Below are positions 39,201-49,046 of a stretch of DNA of 64,000 bases, piece after piece. The stretch covers positions 697,357 through 761,356 of the forward strand of contig CAVYTG010000001.1 in assembly GCA_963771515.1 (NCBI GenBank), written 5' to 3'. Both the position numbers and the translations under genes were made by a program. The DNA is from an uncultured Gammaproteobacteria bacterium. Its GTDB lineage: Bacteria; Pseudomonadota; Gammaproteobacteria; CAVYTG01. Below the pieces are notes generated by a model. The model did no database searches and was not told the origin of the DNA. It saw nothing but the letters and a program-made list of their open reading frames with translations. Each line of letters opens with the position of its first letter. The first letter of the stretch is position 1.

Positions 39201-39213
39201 TATACATTAAAGC

Positions 39214-39633
39214 TTACTTCTTATTTGCCCTCACCCCAGGCGGCTCATATTTTTCATCATGCTTAGCAAATACTTCGCTTGCAACAAACACGCCATTTTG
39301 CTTGAAATTTCCTTGCACGACAATCCCTTGACCCTCCCGAAATAATGCAGGCAAAACCCCCTGGTAAGTGATCTGAACGGCGTTTTGGTCATCGATCAAG
39401 ATAAACCTCGTATTTAAGCGATCTGCATCGCTTCGATGGAAGCTGCCTGGCTTCACCAGCCCCCCCAATTTAATAGACTGATTCGGAGAAACCTGGCTTT
39501 CTCTTAATTGTGAAGGGGTATAATATAAATCAATATTTTGACGTAATGCATAGAGTATGAGGCCCAATGCTGCTGCGATTGCAATCAAAGCGGCCACCAT
39601 CAGAAACATTCGATTTTTATATCGCAGATGCAT
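39214..39633 (-). CDS. ccmE: heme chaperone CcmE
   Basis: It is 139 aa with an N-terminal anchor and an OB-fold. Confidence 0.9.
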   Translation of the reverse strand: MHLRYKNRMFLMVAALIAIAAALGLILYALRQNIDLYYTPSQLRESQVSPNQSIKLGGLVKPGSFHRSDADRLNTRFILIDDQNAVQITYQGVLPALFREGQGIVVQGNFKQNGVFVASEVFAKHDEKYEPPGVRANKK

Positions 39634-39763
39634 GAGACTTCTTTTTGTGTTTTCTAATCAAGTAGCTGATTTTAATGAGTGGAATGGCTAACAAAAGCAC
39701 TGTAATGCCATATGCAGTCCATACATAAAAACCATATCCTCCCATGGTTAAAAAGTCAGACAT
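39617..39763 (-). CDS. ccmD: heme exporter protein CcmD (48 aa)
   Basis: Hand translation gives MSDFLTMGGYGFYVWTAYGITVLLLAIPLIKISYLIRKHKKKSHASAI. It has the conserved MGGYxF(Y/F)VW motif and a single TM helix. It overlaps ccmC and ccmE as expected. The track misses it because it is under 60 aa. Confidence 0.7.
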   Translation of the reverse strand: MSDFLTMGGYGFYVWTAYGITVLLLAIPLIKISYLIRKHKKKSHASAI

Positions 39764-40469
39764 GAGCAAAGCCTCCTTTTATCACTTTCAATTCAAAACG
39801 GGTTTTCATTAATAAAAGTGCTATATAGTACACCAGAAAAGCAAGCAACCCTCCCAGTAAGGGATATAGCATTTCAGGGGCAATGTCAGGTTTGGAGAAC
39901 TTGAGCAATGTGGATTTTTGATGCAATGTGTTCCACCAATAAACGGAATAGTGAATCACTGGCAAGTTGATTACCCCGATCAAAGATAAGAGGCTACAAG
40001 CCTTAGCTGCCCGCTGCGAAAGCGGAATACTGGCGCGCAAAACAATGACTCCGCCATATAAGAACAATAAAATTAACTCTGATGTTAAGCGCGCATCCCA
40101 AATCCATGCAGTACCCCACATCGGCTTCCCCCAAAGTGCACCGGTGATCAGTGCAATGAGTGTAAAGGCAGCGCCAATCGGCGCACTGGCTTTCGCCAAT
40201 AAGTCCGCTAATTTAATATGCCAAATTAAATAAAGTGCAGAAAAGACTGCCATTCCAGCATAAACTCCTAATGAAAGCGCTGCACTGGGTACATGCACAT
40301 AAATAATACGAAACGCATCCCCTTGCTGATAATCACTCGGCGCCCAATATAACCCAGCAATCAAGCTATATCCAAAACTTAAAGCAAACAAAACCCAAAG
40401 CCAAGGAATTAAGCGTCCAGCCCATCGATCAAAATGTTTTGGCGATGCCAAATGAATCATAAACTTCAT
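39756..40469 (-). CDS. ccmC: heme exporter protein CcmC
   Basis: WGxxWxWD tryptophan-rich motif (WGKPMWGTAWIWDARLTSE). ATG 40469 overlaps the ccmB stop as ATGA. The track start at 40547 is upstream. Confidence 0.9.
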   Translation of the reverse strand: MKFMIHLASPKHFDRWAGRLIPWLWVLFALSFGYSLIAGLYWAPSDYQQGDAFRIIYVHVPSAALSLGVYAGMAVFSALYLIWHIKLADLLAKASAPIGAAFTLIALITGALWGKPMWGTAWIWDARLTSELILLFLYGGVIVLRASIPLSQRAAKACSLLSLIGVINLPVIHYSVYWWNTLHQKSTLLKFSKPDIAPEMLYPLLGGLLAFLVYYIALLLMKTRFELKVIKGGFAHV

Positions 40470-41134
40470 AATATACTCATGGTTAATGCTCTGGCTGTCA
40501 CCCAGGGACATAAAGCAATTCCTAACAGCAAAAAAGCTCCTAGCCAAGCCATTTGAATGGTAACCAAAGTTTCCGTACCACCCGCTGCACCCACACCAAA
40601 AATTAAAATAGGAATATACAGGGGCAAGACCAGTAACGTCAAAAGAACCCCGCCATTTCTAAGCCCTAATGTCAAGGAAAGTCCCATAGCGCCAATGAGA
40701 CTTAACGTTGGGGTTCCAATGAAAAGGCTTAGACTCAACCAGAGCATAGCATCTGCCGACAACCCATAAGAAAATGCCAATAACGGGGTCACCACAATCA
40801 AAGGCAAACCCATCGTTAACCAATGAGCCGTTACCTTTGCCAGTACCAGCCAGGATAATGAATAAGGGCTCAGCAACAATTGCTCTAAGCTGCCATCCAA
40901 AAAATCTGCATAAAATAAGCTATTTAAGCCTAGCAACGTCCCAAGTAAAGCAGCAATCCAGATCACAGCAGGTGCTAATTTTTGTAAAACTATGGGTTCA
41001 GGCTGAATGACTAATGGAAATAAACTGACTACGATCACGAAAAACAATAAAGGGACGCTGATTTCACTGCGATGACGATAAGCCAATCGAATATCATACG
41101 ACAACACATAGAAAAAAATTGAAAACCATTTCAT
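40466..41134 (-). CDS. ccmB: heme exporter permease CcmB
   Basis: It is 222 aa with 6 TM helices and is collinear with E. coli CcmB. Confidence 0.9.
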   Translation of the reverse strand: MKWFSIFFYVLSYDIRLAYRHRSEISVPLLFFVIVVSLFPLVIQPEPIVLQKLAPAVIWIAALLGTLLGLNSLFYADFLDGSLEQLLLSPYSLSWLVLAKVTAHWLTMGLPLIVVTPLLAFSYGLSADAMLWLSLSLFIGTPTLSLIGAMGLSLTLGLRNGGVLLTLLVLPLYIPILIFGVGAAGGTETLVTIQMAWLGAFLLLGIALCPWVTARALTMSIL

Positions 41135-41757
41135 AACGTTAACATGCTCGGTGAAATCCCCCTCAAATCCACAGGGTGATGTGAAGTGAAAATGACGATC
41201 CCTCCTTGCCTTAGATGACTGCCCATTAAATCACTGAGCCATCGCTGACCTTGCTGTGAAAGTACACTAAATGGTTCATCTAATATCCATAAATGACCAG
41301 GCGCTGCCAGCAACCGGGCAAGCGCTAATCGCTGGCGCTGTCCTGCGGACAACTGATAAGCAAACTGATCATGGTGTGCCTCCAAACCCAATTGGGATAC
41401 GATCGCCGATAACTGAGAAGCTTCCACCCCATAGCCTCTCAGCCGCACGGATAAGAGGAGGTTTTCCTGTACGGTTAAATAGGATTTAAGCGCCAATTGA
41501 TGTCCTAAGTAAATCAAATCTTTCTGGTAGGTATCTGGACACTTTCTAACCTCTACTCCCCGCCAAAAAAGTTGCCCTGATTCAGGCTCAAGCAGCCCTG
41601 CCAGCATACGCAACAACGTAGTTTTTCCCTGGCCATTCTCTCCTAAAACTTGCAAAGCTTCACCCGGCAAAACTTCAAACCCAAGCCCCCTAAACAATGG
41701 AGCCTGGTAGGTATATGCCAAATCAACTGCTTTTAATCCGGAATCTGAATTTACCAT
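41131..41757 (-). CDS. ccmA: heme exporter ATP-binding protein CcmA
   Basis: Walker A (GENGQGKTT), signature (LSAGQRQR) and Walker B (WILDEP) are present. Confidence 0.85.
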   Translation of the reverse strand: MVNSDSGLKAVDLAYTYQAPLFRGLGFEVLPGEALQVLGENGQGKTTLLRMLAGLLEPESGQLFWRGVEVRKCPDTYQKDLIYLGHQLALKSYLTVQENLLLSVRLRGYGVEASQLSAIVSQLGLEAHHDQFAYQLSAGQRQRLALARLLAAPGHLWILDEPFSVLSQQGQRWLSDLMGSHLRQGGIVIFTSHHPVDLRGISPSMLTL

Positions 41758-41861
41758 GACTATAATTTAAAAGGTGTATACATCATTTGCCCGTTTTTGA
41801 CGAAAACATAAAAAAAGCGAATACTTGTCATAGTTACATTTCAACAAAAAGGAAATAACTC

Positions 41862-42362
41862 ATGTCTATGCACTTTAACACAAAACAGCAAAAATCGATC
41901 ATCATGGCAGAAATGATGACGCCCAACATGGCCAATTTCTCAGGGAATATACATGGAGGCCAGCTGATGTACCTCCTGGACAAAGTAGCTTACGCTTGTG
42001 CCGTACGGTATGCTTCTATCGATATGGTCACCCTTTCAGTGGATCATATCTTTTTTAAAGAACCAATTTATGTGAATGATTTGGTCACGTTTAAAGCCTC
42101 TGTGAATCATGTAGGCAATACCTCTCTAGAGGTTGGGATTCGGGTTGAAGCTGAAAATTTGGAAACAAAACAGTGCCGACACACCAACACCTGTTACTTC
42201 ACCATGGTTGCTGTCGACAAATCAGGAAAACCCATCCAAATTCCTGCATTCGCCCCTGAAACAGAAATTGAAAAAAGACGGCATCAGGAAGCCCAAAAGC
42301 GCCGTGAATATCGCATAACCGCTTACAAAAAAAGCAAGGATGCCGACTCAGAAAGAACCTGA
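41862..42362 (+). CDS. acyl-CoA thioesterase (YciA-like hotdog fold)
   Basis: It is 166 aa and carries the GNIHGGQLM motif. Confidence 0.8.
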   Translation: MSMHFNTKQQKSIIMAEMMTPNMANFSGNIHGGQLMYLLDKVAYACAVRYASIDMVTLSVDHIFFKEPIYVNDLVTFKASVNHVGNTSLEVGIRVEAENLETKQCRHTNTCYFTMVAVDKSGKPIQIPAFAPETEIEKRRHQEAQKRREYRITAYKKSKDADSERT

Positions 42363-43121
42363 AAGCTCTGAAAAATCATAATGCTCAGCAGGATATTCCA
42401 CCCGCATTAAACACAGACCTGAAGCAGGCATTTTGACACCAGCCAATGCTCGACGGCGTGAGTTCAACACGGTTTTGCACCAATCAGGCGCCCTTTTTCC
42501 AGCTCCAATTTCAACCAGCACCCCCACAATATTTCTAACCATATGGTGTAAAAAAGCATTCGCTTGAATATCAATCCATATCTGATGCCCCTGTCTTTTG
42601 ATAGCCAGCTTATCTAAACGGCGAAATGGGGTTTTTGATTGACACAAACTACTACGAAAGGCACTAAAGTCATGCTCTCCCAGCAAAAAATGAGCTGCTG
42701 CTTGCATAGCCCCTTCATCTAAAGGGGCAGGATACCAGGTAACAAAACGTCGCTGAAGCGCCGATCGAACGGGCCGATTTTCAATGGTATAGCGATATGT
42801 GCGAGATAAGGCTGAAAATCGGGCGCTAAACTCTGCGTCGACCACTTTAGCCCATTGAATACGAATATCTGGGGATAACTGGGCGTTGCTTCCTAACACC
42901 CAGGCTCGCTCTGATCTAACCACCCGAGCATCAAAATGTACCACCTGGCCAAGCGCATGAACACCCGCATCCGTACGACCAGCACAAACCAGATGAACAG
43001 GGTGATTTGCAACAAAAGATAACGCTGCTTCCAGCGCACCCTGTATGGTCGTTAAATGACTTTGTCGTTGAAAACCGTGGTAATGCGTTCCCTCATATTC
43101 AACCCCTAATGCTATTCTCAT
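42348..43121 (-). CDS. truA: tRNA pseudouridine(38-40) synthase TruA
   Basis: It is 257 aa with a catalytic Asp motif (GRTDAGVHA). Confidence 0.9.
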   Translation of the reverse strand: MRIALGVEYEGTHYHGFQRQSHLTTIQGALEAALSFVANHPVHLVCAGRTDAGVHALGQVVHFDARVVRSERAWVLGSNAQLSPDIRIQWAKVVDAEFSARFSALSRTYRYTIENRPVRSALQRRFVTWYPAPLDEGAMQAAAHFLLGEHDFSAFRSSLCQSKTPFRRLDKLAIKRQGHQIWIDIQANAFLHHMVRNIVGVLVEIGAGKRAPDWCKTVLNSRRRALAGVKMPASGLCLMRVEYPAEHYDFSELSGSF

Positions 43122-43132
43122 GAACCCATCAA

Positions 43133-44068
43133 TTATTTTTTAAATTCTGCTAAAAGCTTGTTCGCTTCTTGAGATTGCTTTTCATCCCCTTGCGCCAGAA
43201 TGCTTTTTAACACTAACTCTGCCTGGGCTATATCCCCCATATCCCGATACATCCTGGCTAAATCCAGCCTGGCAGGAATGCCTTCTGAACTGCCAATATA
43301 GTCATACTCCCCTTCCTCATTGGCTGAGACCAGAGGAATCATCATCTGTTGAATAGGCACAACCAGCTCTGCTGCCACACCTGCCCCATGCATTGACTGG
43401 CCGCCCTTTGGATAACGCACTTTCGTTTCTCCAACATCCTTGTCCGGCATTTCAACGTGCCCTGCACGCCTGCCCCAAACAAACCAAAGTACAATTAAAA
43501 AAACCAGAAAAAGCAAGCCAGCTGTCAATTCCAAATTTGCAAAAACAACCAGGAGCTTATCTGTAATGAGGCTAAAAGAAACACGATGGTTTTCCTGAGA
43601 AAGCAAAGGTTCAGCAGACGTAACCTCAGTGGTTGTATCGGCCTGGTTCTGTAAAGATTTTTGATCAGATGCTGTTATGGGTGAAATCTGAGAAGATTCT
43701 TCTCTTGCAGCCTCAGATGGGGAGCTCTCTACGGATGTATTTTGAGATGAAGCAGCCCCGGCAGGCACCTCAGAAGATCTTCTTTGGTCCGCAGAATTTA
43801 AAGCGGCTTCAAACTGCGCTTTCAATTTCATGAGTTTTTCATGCAAATCTTTGTTTTCATGTTTAAGCGATGTGACCTGCTTATCCATCATATCCTGATA
43901 TTGCTTGGCAGAATCTACTGTGGTTAAAATGCGTCGACGCATTTCCTCCTGCGATGCCACTTTCTCTAACATGACCTGCCCTGAGCCAGAAGGAGCGGCA
44001 TAGGTCACGCTCCCTGCTCCAACAAACAGGAGAGCAATCCATGCAAAAAAGAATAAGGTACGCCTCAT
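43133..44068 (-). CDS. FimV/HubP-like protein (C-terminal FimV motif)
   Basis: It has a signal peptide, a coiled coil, a Ser/Thr-rich linker, one TM helix and a C-terminal IPARLDLARMYRDMGDIAQAELVL motif. It sits in the conserved asd-fimV-truA position. ATG 44068 overlaps the asd stop, and the track start at 44077 is GTG. Confidence 0.6.
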   Translation of the reverse strand: MRRTLFFFAWIALLFVGAGSVTYAAPSGSGQVMLEKVASQEEMRRRILTTVDSAKQYQDMMDKQVTSLKHENKDLHEKLMKLKAQFEAALNSADQRRSSEVPAGAASSQNTSVESSPSEAAREESSQISPITASDQKSLQNQADTTTEVTSAEPLLSQENHRVSFSLITDKLLVVFANLELTAGLLFLVFLIVLWFVWGRRAGHVEMPDKDVGETKVRYPKGGQSMHGAGVAAELVVPIQQMMIPLVSANEEGEYDYIGSSEGIPARLDLARMYRDMGDIAQAELVLKSILAQGDEKQSQEANKLLAEFKK

Positions 44069-45090
44069 GCCTCCCACCCATACTGAGGCAGCAATAACTC
44101 TGCAATTTGCACAGCATTTAAAGCAGCCCCTTTTCTTAAATTATCTGATACCACCCACAGATTAAGCCCATACCCTTCTTCAGAGGAAAGATCTTGACGA
44201 ACCCGACCTACAAAAACAGCATCCTGATAGGTCGCACTTTCAACGGGCGTCGGATAATCATCTTCCATCAACAGGACCCCTGGCGCATTTCTCAGTTCGT
44301 TCTTCGCATCCTCCACTGAAATAAAATCTCGAGTCTCGATGCTAATAGATTCTGAATGTCCATAAAATACCGGAACCCGAACAGCTGTCGGGTTTACCTT
44401 AATGTCTGGATTTCCTAAAATTTTTTGAGTTTCCCAAATCATTTTCATTTCTTCTCGCGTTGCTCCATTTTCCTGAAAAACATCAACTTGAGGGATTACA
44501 TTAAACGCAATCTGTTTCGGAAACACTTCAGACTGAACAGAACGTGCGCTCAGTAACTCTGAAGTCTGGTTAGCCAACTCGGTGATTCCACGCCGACCTG
44601 CACCGGAAACAGACTGATAAGTCGAAACCGTAATGCGACTAATACCCACAGCATCATAAATAGGTTTTAATGCAACGAGCATCTGAATCGTTGAACAGTT
44701 TGGATTAGCAATGATGCCTCGCTCAGGCGCATCCACGATACTTCCAGGATTTACTTCAGGTATGACTAACGGCACATCTGGGTCATAACGAAACTCAGAA
44801 CTATTATCAATGACAATGCAATTTTGTTCTGCTGCTTTAGGTGCATACTCCTTGGAAACCGCCCCTCCAGCAGCAAATAAAGCAATGTCTACTTTCGAAA
44901 AATCAAATGTTTCCAAAGCTTCTACTGACAACTTCTTATTCCCAAACAATACTTCATTGCCAACCGATTTTTCACTGGCAAGCGCATAAACCTTTTCGAC
45001 AGGAAAAGCACGCTGCGCAAGAATTTCCAGCATAATTTCTCCCACTGCACCTGTGGCGCCGACAACAGCTACATTTAATTGCCTGCTCAT
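44065..45090 (-). CDS. asd: aspartate-semialdehyde dehydrogenase
   Basis: It is 341 aa with an NAD-binding GATGAVG motif. Confidence 0.9.
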   Translation of the reverse strand: MSRQLNVAVVGATGAVGEIMLEILAQRAFPVEKVYALASEKSVGNEVLFGNKKLSVEALETFDFSKVDIALFAAGGAVSKEYAPKAAEQNCIVIDNSSEFRYDPDVPLVIPEVNPGSIVDAPERGIIANPNCSTIQMLVALKPIYDAVGISRITVSTYQSVSGAGRRGITELANQTSELLSARSVQSEVFPKQIAFNVIPQVDVFQENGATREEMKMIWETQKILGNPDIKVNPTAVRVPVFYGHSESISIETRDFISVEDAKNELRNAPGVLLMEDDYPTPVESATYQDAVFVGRVRQDLSSEEGYGLNLWVVSDNLRKGAALNAVQIAELLLPQYGWEA

Positions 45091-45128
45091 TTTGTACCTC
45101 TTTGCTTTCGTTTAATGTAGAACACGTC

Positions 45129-45294
45129 CTAGGGTGTGTCGTCAATTTATTTTTTGAGCTCAAAATGTGGGTAATGGTGGCAAATTTTGTGTAAATTTGA
45201 GGAAGCATATTAAAATATGTGACGAAAATTTGCATGAAATTTGACCCATTATACACGTTTTGAGCTCAAAAAATAAATTGACGACACACCCTAG
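45129..45294. repeat. MITE-like element (second copy) with roughly 37-bp terminal inverted repeats
   Basis: CTAGGGTGTGTCGTCAATTTATTTTTTGAGCTCAAAA ... TTTTGAGCTCAAAAAATAAATTGACGACACACCCTAG. The core is nearly identical to 12027..12187. Confidence 0.6.
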
Positions 45295-45302
45295 CTCCAG
45301 TT

Positions 45303-45335
45303 TTTAACATTCTTTTAAGTTTTGTTCTATAAAAT
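45303..45335 (+). promoter_or_regulatory. PmrA-box-like tandem TTAA repeat plus -10
   Basis: tTTAAcattctTTTAAgtttt has an 11-bp spacing. TATAAAAT follows 8 bp downstream. A strong AGGGGG ribosome-binding site precedes ATG 45382. Confidence 0.45.
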
Positions 45336-45381
45336 ATTTAAATAAGGTCAAGTATATTTTGATATTCAATCAGGGGGCATC

Positions 45382-45762
45382 ATGACCAATCACTTCCAAG
45401 CAGAAATACATTCTCAATCTTTCGACAGTTCAGTAATGCATACTGAAGAAGTAAAACAGGTTTTAGAAAGATCCATTCTACTTGATCAAGAAAAGACTCC
45501 AACAGCACAAGCAGAAGCAAAAATTCTTTCTCACATTATAGATTCTATAAAAGATATTAAAGATATTAATGATGTAAATGGAATGGCCAAAGCCCTGGTT
45601 TTAATCGAACAAGGAGAATCACTCTTAACCTCCAGAAAACCTAATGCCAATTTTTTTCATTCATCGGATTCGCAAACGATTCAGTCTTCATCAGAACTCA
45701 ATGCGCTTAAAGAGTACTTTAGAGAACATATTGGGCAGTCGATTGAATCTCGCCTGGCTTAA
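45382..45762 (+). CDS. hypothetical 126-aa protein; effector candidate
   Basis: ORF with a good ribosome-binding site. I see no family match. Confidence 0.5.
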   Translation: MTNHFQAEIHSQSFDSSVMHTEEVKQVLERSILLDQEKTPTAQAEAKILSHIIDSIKDIKDINDVNGMAKALVLIEQGESLLTSRKPNANFFHSSDSQTIQSSSELNALKEYFREHIGQSIESRLA

Positions 45763-45809
45763 CGAGGCTCCTGCCTGGATCATCTATATTTTTAAGTATT
45801 GTTTTTTTT

Positions 45810-45957
45810 GTAACCATTGACTCGTCATTGCGAGCGAAGCGTAACAATCTAGTCAGGAGCTTTATCAAAGGACCAAGCTTATGTGGCTTTTCTTAGATCT
45901 AGGTTGCCACGTCGCTTCGCTCCTCGCCGCAATAACAAGGGCAATGACTACGTAATA
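45810..45957. repeat. composite palindromic repeat, locus 7 (diverged)
   Basis: GTAACCATTGACTCGTCATTGCGAGCGAAGCGTAACAATCTAG...CTAGGTTGCCACGTCGCTTCGCTCCTCGCCGCAATAAC. Confidence 0.5.
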
Positions 45958-46037
45958 CTTATGTGTAAAAGTATGCCTTCCCCTAGCCAGGATGACAAAT
46001 CAAAATATCCCCATCGCGAACGAGAGAATATTGCAAC

Positions 46038-49019
46038 CTATTGATAAATCAGTGTATTTTCCGTCGGGAATTGCTGGGAAATTCCCAGGTATATTGCAAT
46101 TTCCTCAGAGAGCTGCTTTTGACTTCCAGCTTTAATAAGATTACTTTGATCAAAGATGGCTTGCTGAGGATCACTGATGCCGAGATGTGTCTTTAAAAGA
46201 TCTCCAAGTCCATTTAAAAGTGTTGCCTCAGACGCATTTAGAGCCTCATCTTGAGGACAACTTTCATTTTCTTGGACTTCCTTTTTATGCCAGTACCCGG
46301 AAACACTGCTTCTAATACTGCCAAACAGAGAAGAAGAGGATAGGGTAGTATCCACATCATCAACGCTGTTAACGCTTGAAATAGCCTCATATGCCTGAAT
46401 GAAAAAAGATAAAATCTGGGTAATCACCCCGGCTGAGTTATTGCCTACGACGAGTCCTTTTAATAACTCTAAGTTACCGGAAAGTGTGGTTATTGACTCA
46501 TGTTTAGCACTATCCTCTTCTGAGAGTGTATGAATTCCTTCAATAAGGTTTGTTAACACCTTAGTTAACATGTCTTTCTTTTCCGAACACAGAGTCTTTT
46601 TCAAATCTGCTTTTTCCTCTACTCGGGCTTCCAGGGTGGCCACCTCTGCATTTAAAGCGGCAATTTCTCCTGGTGTATTTAAAAGTTGAATTTCCTCTTT
46701 CAAGCGACTTAACTGATTCGAGTATTTCTGCTCAGAAAGCGTCGCTTCATTGAGCTTTTCAGAGGGTGTGAAAAAAACAGTATAATTCCCTGAGCTTGAG
46801 TCAGCTAAGGTTTCTTTTAAGGTGAGTATTTTAAGATATAGGGTTGTAAAGTTCATGCAACGCACTATAAAACCTTCATGGTCTATGTGAGTTTCAAGAG
46901 AAGTCTCGTTGTTTTTTATTGCATTTTTGTATGCATTCTTTACCGTTTTCAGGTTTTGAGCTTGACTCATCTCGAGTATCTTATTTGTAGTGGCTTGGTC
47001 ATGTATAGAGACCCACTCAGCCGGAAGAATGGTGTTATTTTTAAAAATTTTAACCGCTGGATTAGCTTGAGCGCACGCCTTAAACACGGCGTCATGAGTC
47101 AGCAATTGCTTTAATAAAGCCAGTAAATATCCATAGCTTTCATCTGAATTCAATGGTTTCTCATTCAAATCTTGAAGCTGGAGGTATATTTTAAAGCTTT
47201 GGTCATCGAGATCGATTAGGGAACAAGTATCTAATACAGTATGAACCATGTTTTTCAGGTTTTCCAAAGGCCAAAAAACTATGTTTTCAACGTTGTTTAT
47301 CGATTCAGAGTCCTGGGGGTTGAAATCAGATAACTCAGAGAGGAGTTTTGCATTGGAATGCTCTAAAAGTCTTGCAATAATTTGGTTTTTTTGAAGTGCT
47401 ACAAGGTTGGAATTTGGTGCTTGGTTTAGATATGTCCAGTAATGCTCTAAATGGTTATGAAAGAAGTGAATCAGGTGGGAATTTGCAATTTCTGGGTATG
47501 CTTCTCTCACGAAGGCTAATAGGGTTACAGCGGTGTTAAAGTTCAGGATGTAAGCGTTTGAATCATTATCATTAAGATTATTATGCAACTGATGCTCGAT
47601 GGATTGGAATATATCGAATAAATAGGGGCTCGAAAACCGTAAGTTTTCTTCCATCAGTGGTTGTATGAGGGAGAGTGACTTCGTTTTTTGATAAGTTTTC
47701 CATAATTCATAACTATTTAGGAAGGATTGGCTTGCGCTGGTAAGGTAGGACTCTATATAGTTTTTACTTTTAAATGTCCAGTATTTTTGAGTTTTTGTAG
47801 AATCTTTTGAGAACATTATCTTGGTTTGCTCTGAAACGAAGTTAACTTGCTCACAAAGGCTAACCAGTTTTTCATTGTTGCAATTGATGCAATCAATACT
47901 GAAGCCATTTGGGTAATTTCCTGATTCAATCAAATTTATGATTGCGTTGCAAAATATTTCCAGGACTGAATCCATACGGATGGTTTGATTTCTAAAATCA
48001 AACTGGATCTTAAGGCCTGCTGGGCTGTCAGATTGGATGGCTTTGAGAAGATCAGTGTAATACTTAAGTTGCTTATTGTATCTGATGTTAATATTGCATC
48101 GAAACGAAAAATTTTCTGGAACAGAAGGTATGATTTTTGCCATGGTTGTTAGTGTGGAAACATTCTTATGATCAAGGAATAGACTGAGTCCGAAGCCTTT
48201 TGGGGCAGATGGAACAGCATTTATAAGCGTTTTTAATGAATCTATAGAGGAATAGCATTCTAATTGCAGCCTAAAGTCTTGTGGCGCTTGTGTTATGATG
48301 TCAGCAAGCATGTTTGCCTGGTTTATATTCAGTTCTATAAAACGCAAAGAGAAATTTTTTGAAGCGGTTGGAATGGCGTGTATAAAAGCATTTATTTTTT
48401 CATCAAGCTGTAAAGTTTCTTTTTCCTCTGTAAGAGATGCTTTATTCGTTAGGAGAAGTTGAATGCTTTCTGGTGCCTGTTCAATGCATTCTGCAATGTA
48501 TTGTGATGCATTCGTATCCATCAAGGCAGGGTTTAAAATCAGTGCAAAATTTACTGGTGCTGATAGAAGAATGTTTCCGAGTGCTTCTGCTGTTTCCTGA
48601 TTGATTGTGCAGCTTCTTAAATCAAGTGTGAAATTTTTTGGTAAGGGTTGGTACCCTGAGGATTTGATTGAAGAGATCAGCTGACTCAGTTTAAGAATGA
48701 GATTTTTTACAATGCTGTTTTCACGAGAGTTTAATTCAAATGCCGAATTGTTAAAATTCATTCTGAGTCCTTGAGGCACTTTTTGTAGAATAAAGACATT
48801 CGTGAAGGCAGTTTCAATGTGCTCCAGAAGCGGGTCTTCCATATTCTCTAACATATTCTCTAAATTAAAATCCAGTTTAAGCCAGGTTGGGCAGTCTTTT
48901 GACGCAAGGAAATCTAGACACAAGTGTATGTCTTCTGTACTTTGTATTGAGTTTGAAGAAATGATTAATTTTTGATGTAGAGCTTTATTTTTAGCGAGTT
49001 TACTGATTTGTTGTTGCAT
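46038..49019 (-). CDS. large repeat protein, paralog A (993 aa); effector candidate
   Basis: The N-terminal half holds about 8 tandem repeats of 30-35 aa with the core [AS]P-x2-F-x-[LF]-x-[LF] (LSAPVNFALIL, EQAPESIQLLL, TQAPQDFRLQL, VPSAPKGFGLSL, IPSVPENFSFRC). A conserved helical middle region carries LMEEN..P[YF]LF.IFQS, and the C-terminal region is coiled-coil. It shares roughly 30-35% identity with paralog B. Confidence 0.75.
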   Translation of the reverse strand: MQQQISKLAKNKALHQKLIISSNSIQSTEDIHLCLDFLASKDCPTWLKLDFNLENMLENMEDPLLEHIETAFTNVFILQKVPQGLRMNFNNSAFELNSRENSIVKNLILKLSQLISSIKSSGYQPLPKNFTLDLRSCTINQETAEALGNILLSAPVNFALILNPALMDTNASQYIAECIEQAPESIQLLLTNKASLTEEKETLQLDEKINAFIHAIPTASKNFSLRFIELNINQANMLADIITQAPQDFRLQLECYSSIDSLKTLINAVPSAPKGFGLSLFLDHKNVSTLTTMAKIIPSVPENFSFRCNINIRYNKQLKYYTDLLKAIQSDSPAGLKIQFDFRNQTIRMDSVLEIFCNAIINLIESGNYPNGFSIDCINCNNEKLVSLCEQVNFVSEQTKIMFSKDSTKTQKYWTFKSKNYIESYLTSASQSFLNSYELWKTYQKTKSLSLIQPLMEENLRFSSPYLFDIFQSIEHQLHNNLNDNDSNAYILNFNTAVTLLAFVREAYPEIANSHLIHFFHNHLEHYWTYLNQAPNSNLVALQKNQIIARLLEHSNAKLLSELSDFNPQDSESINNVENIVFWPLENLKNMVHTVLDTCSLIDLDDQSFKIYLQLQDLNEKPLNSDESYGYLLALLKQLLTHDAVFKACAQANPAVKIFKNNTILPAEWVSIHDQATTNKILEMSQAQNLKTVKNAYKNAIKNNETSLETHIDHEGFIVRCMNFTTLYLKILTLKETLADSSSGNYTVFFTPSEKLNEATLSEQKYSNQLSRLKEEIQLLNTPGEIAALNAEVATLEARVEEKADLKKTLCSEKKDMLTKVLTNLIEGIHTLSEEDSAKHESITTLSGNLELLKGLVVGNNSAGVITQILSFFIQAYEAISSVNSVDDVDTTLSSSSLFGSIRSSVSGYWHKKEVQENESCPQDEALNASEATLLNGLGDLLKTHLGISDPQQAIFDQSNLIKAGSQKQLSEEIAIYLGISQQFPTENTLIYQ

Positions 49020-49046
49020 TTTTGTATTCTCTTTTTGAGGTTGACC

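Noticed and set aside
39617-39763. Apparent +1 frameshift in ccmD (I first read TGGGAC instead of TGGAC)
   Set aside because: On re-reading, the sequence has ...GCAGTCCATACAT..., so the 48-aa CcmD reading frame is intact (MSDFLTMGGYGFYVWTAYGITVLLL...). My first transcription was wrong.
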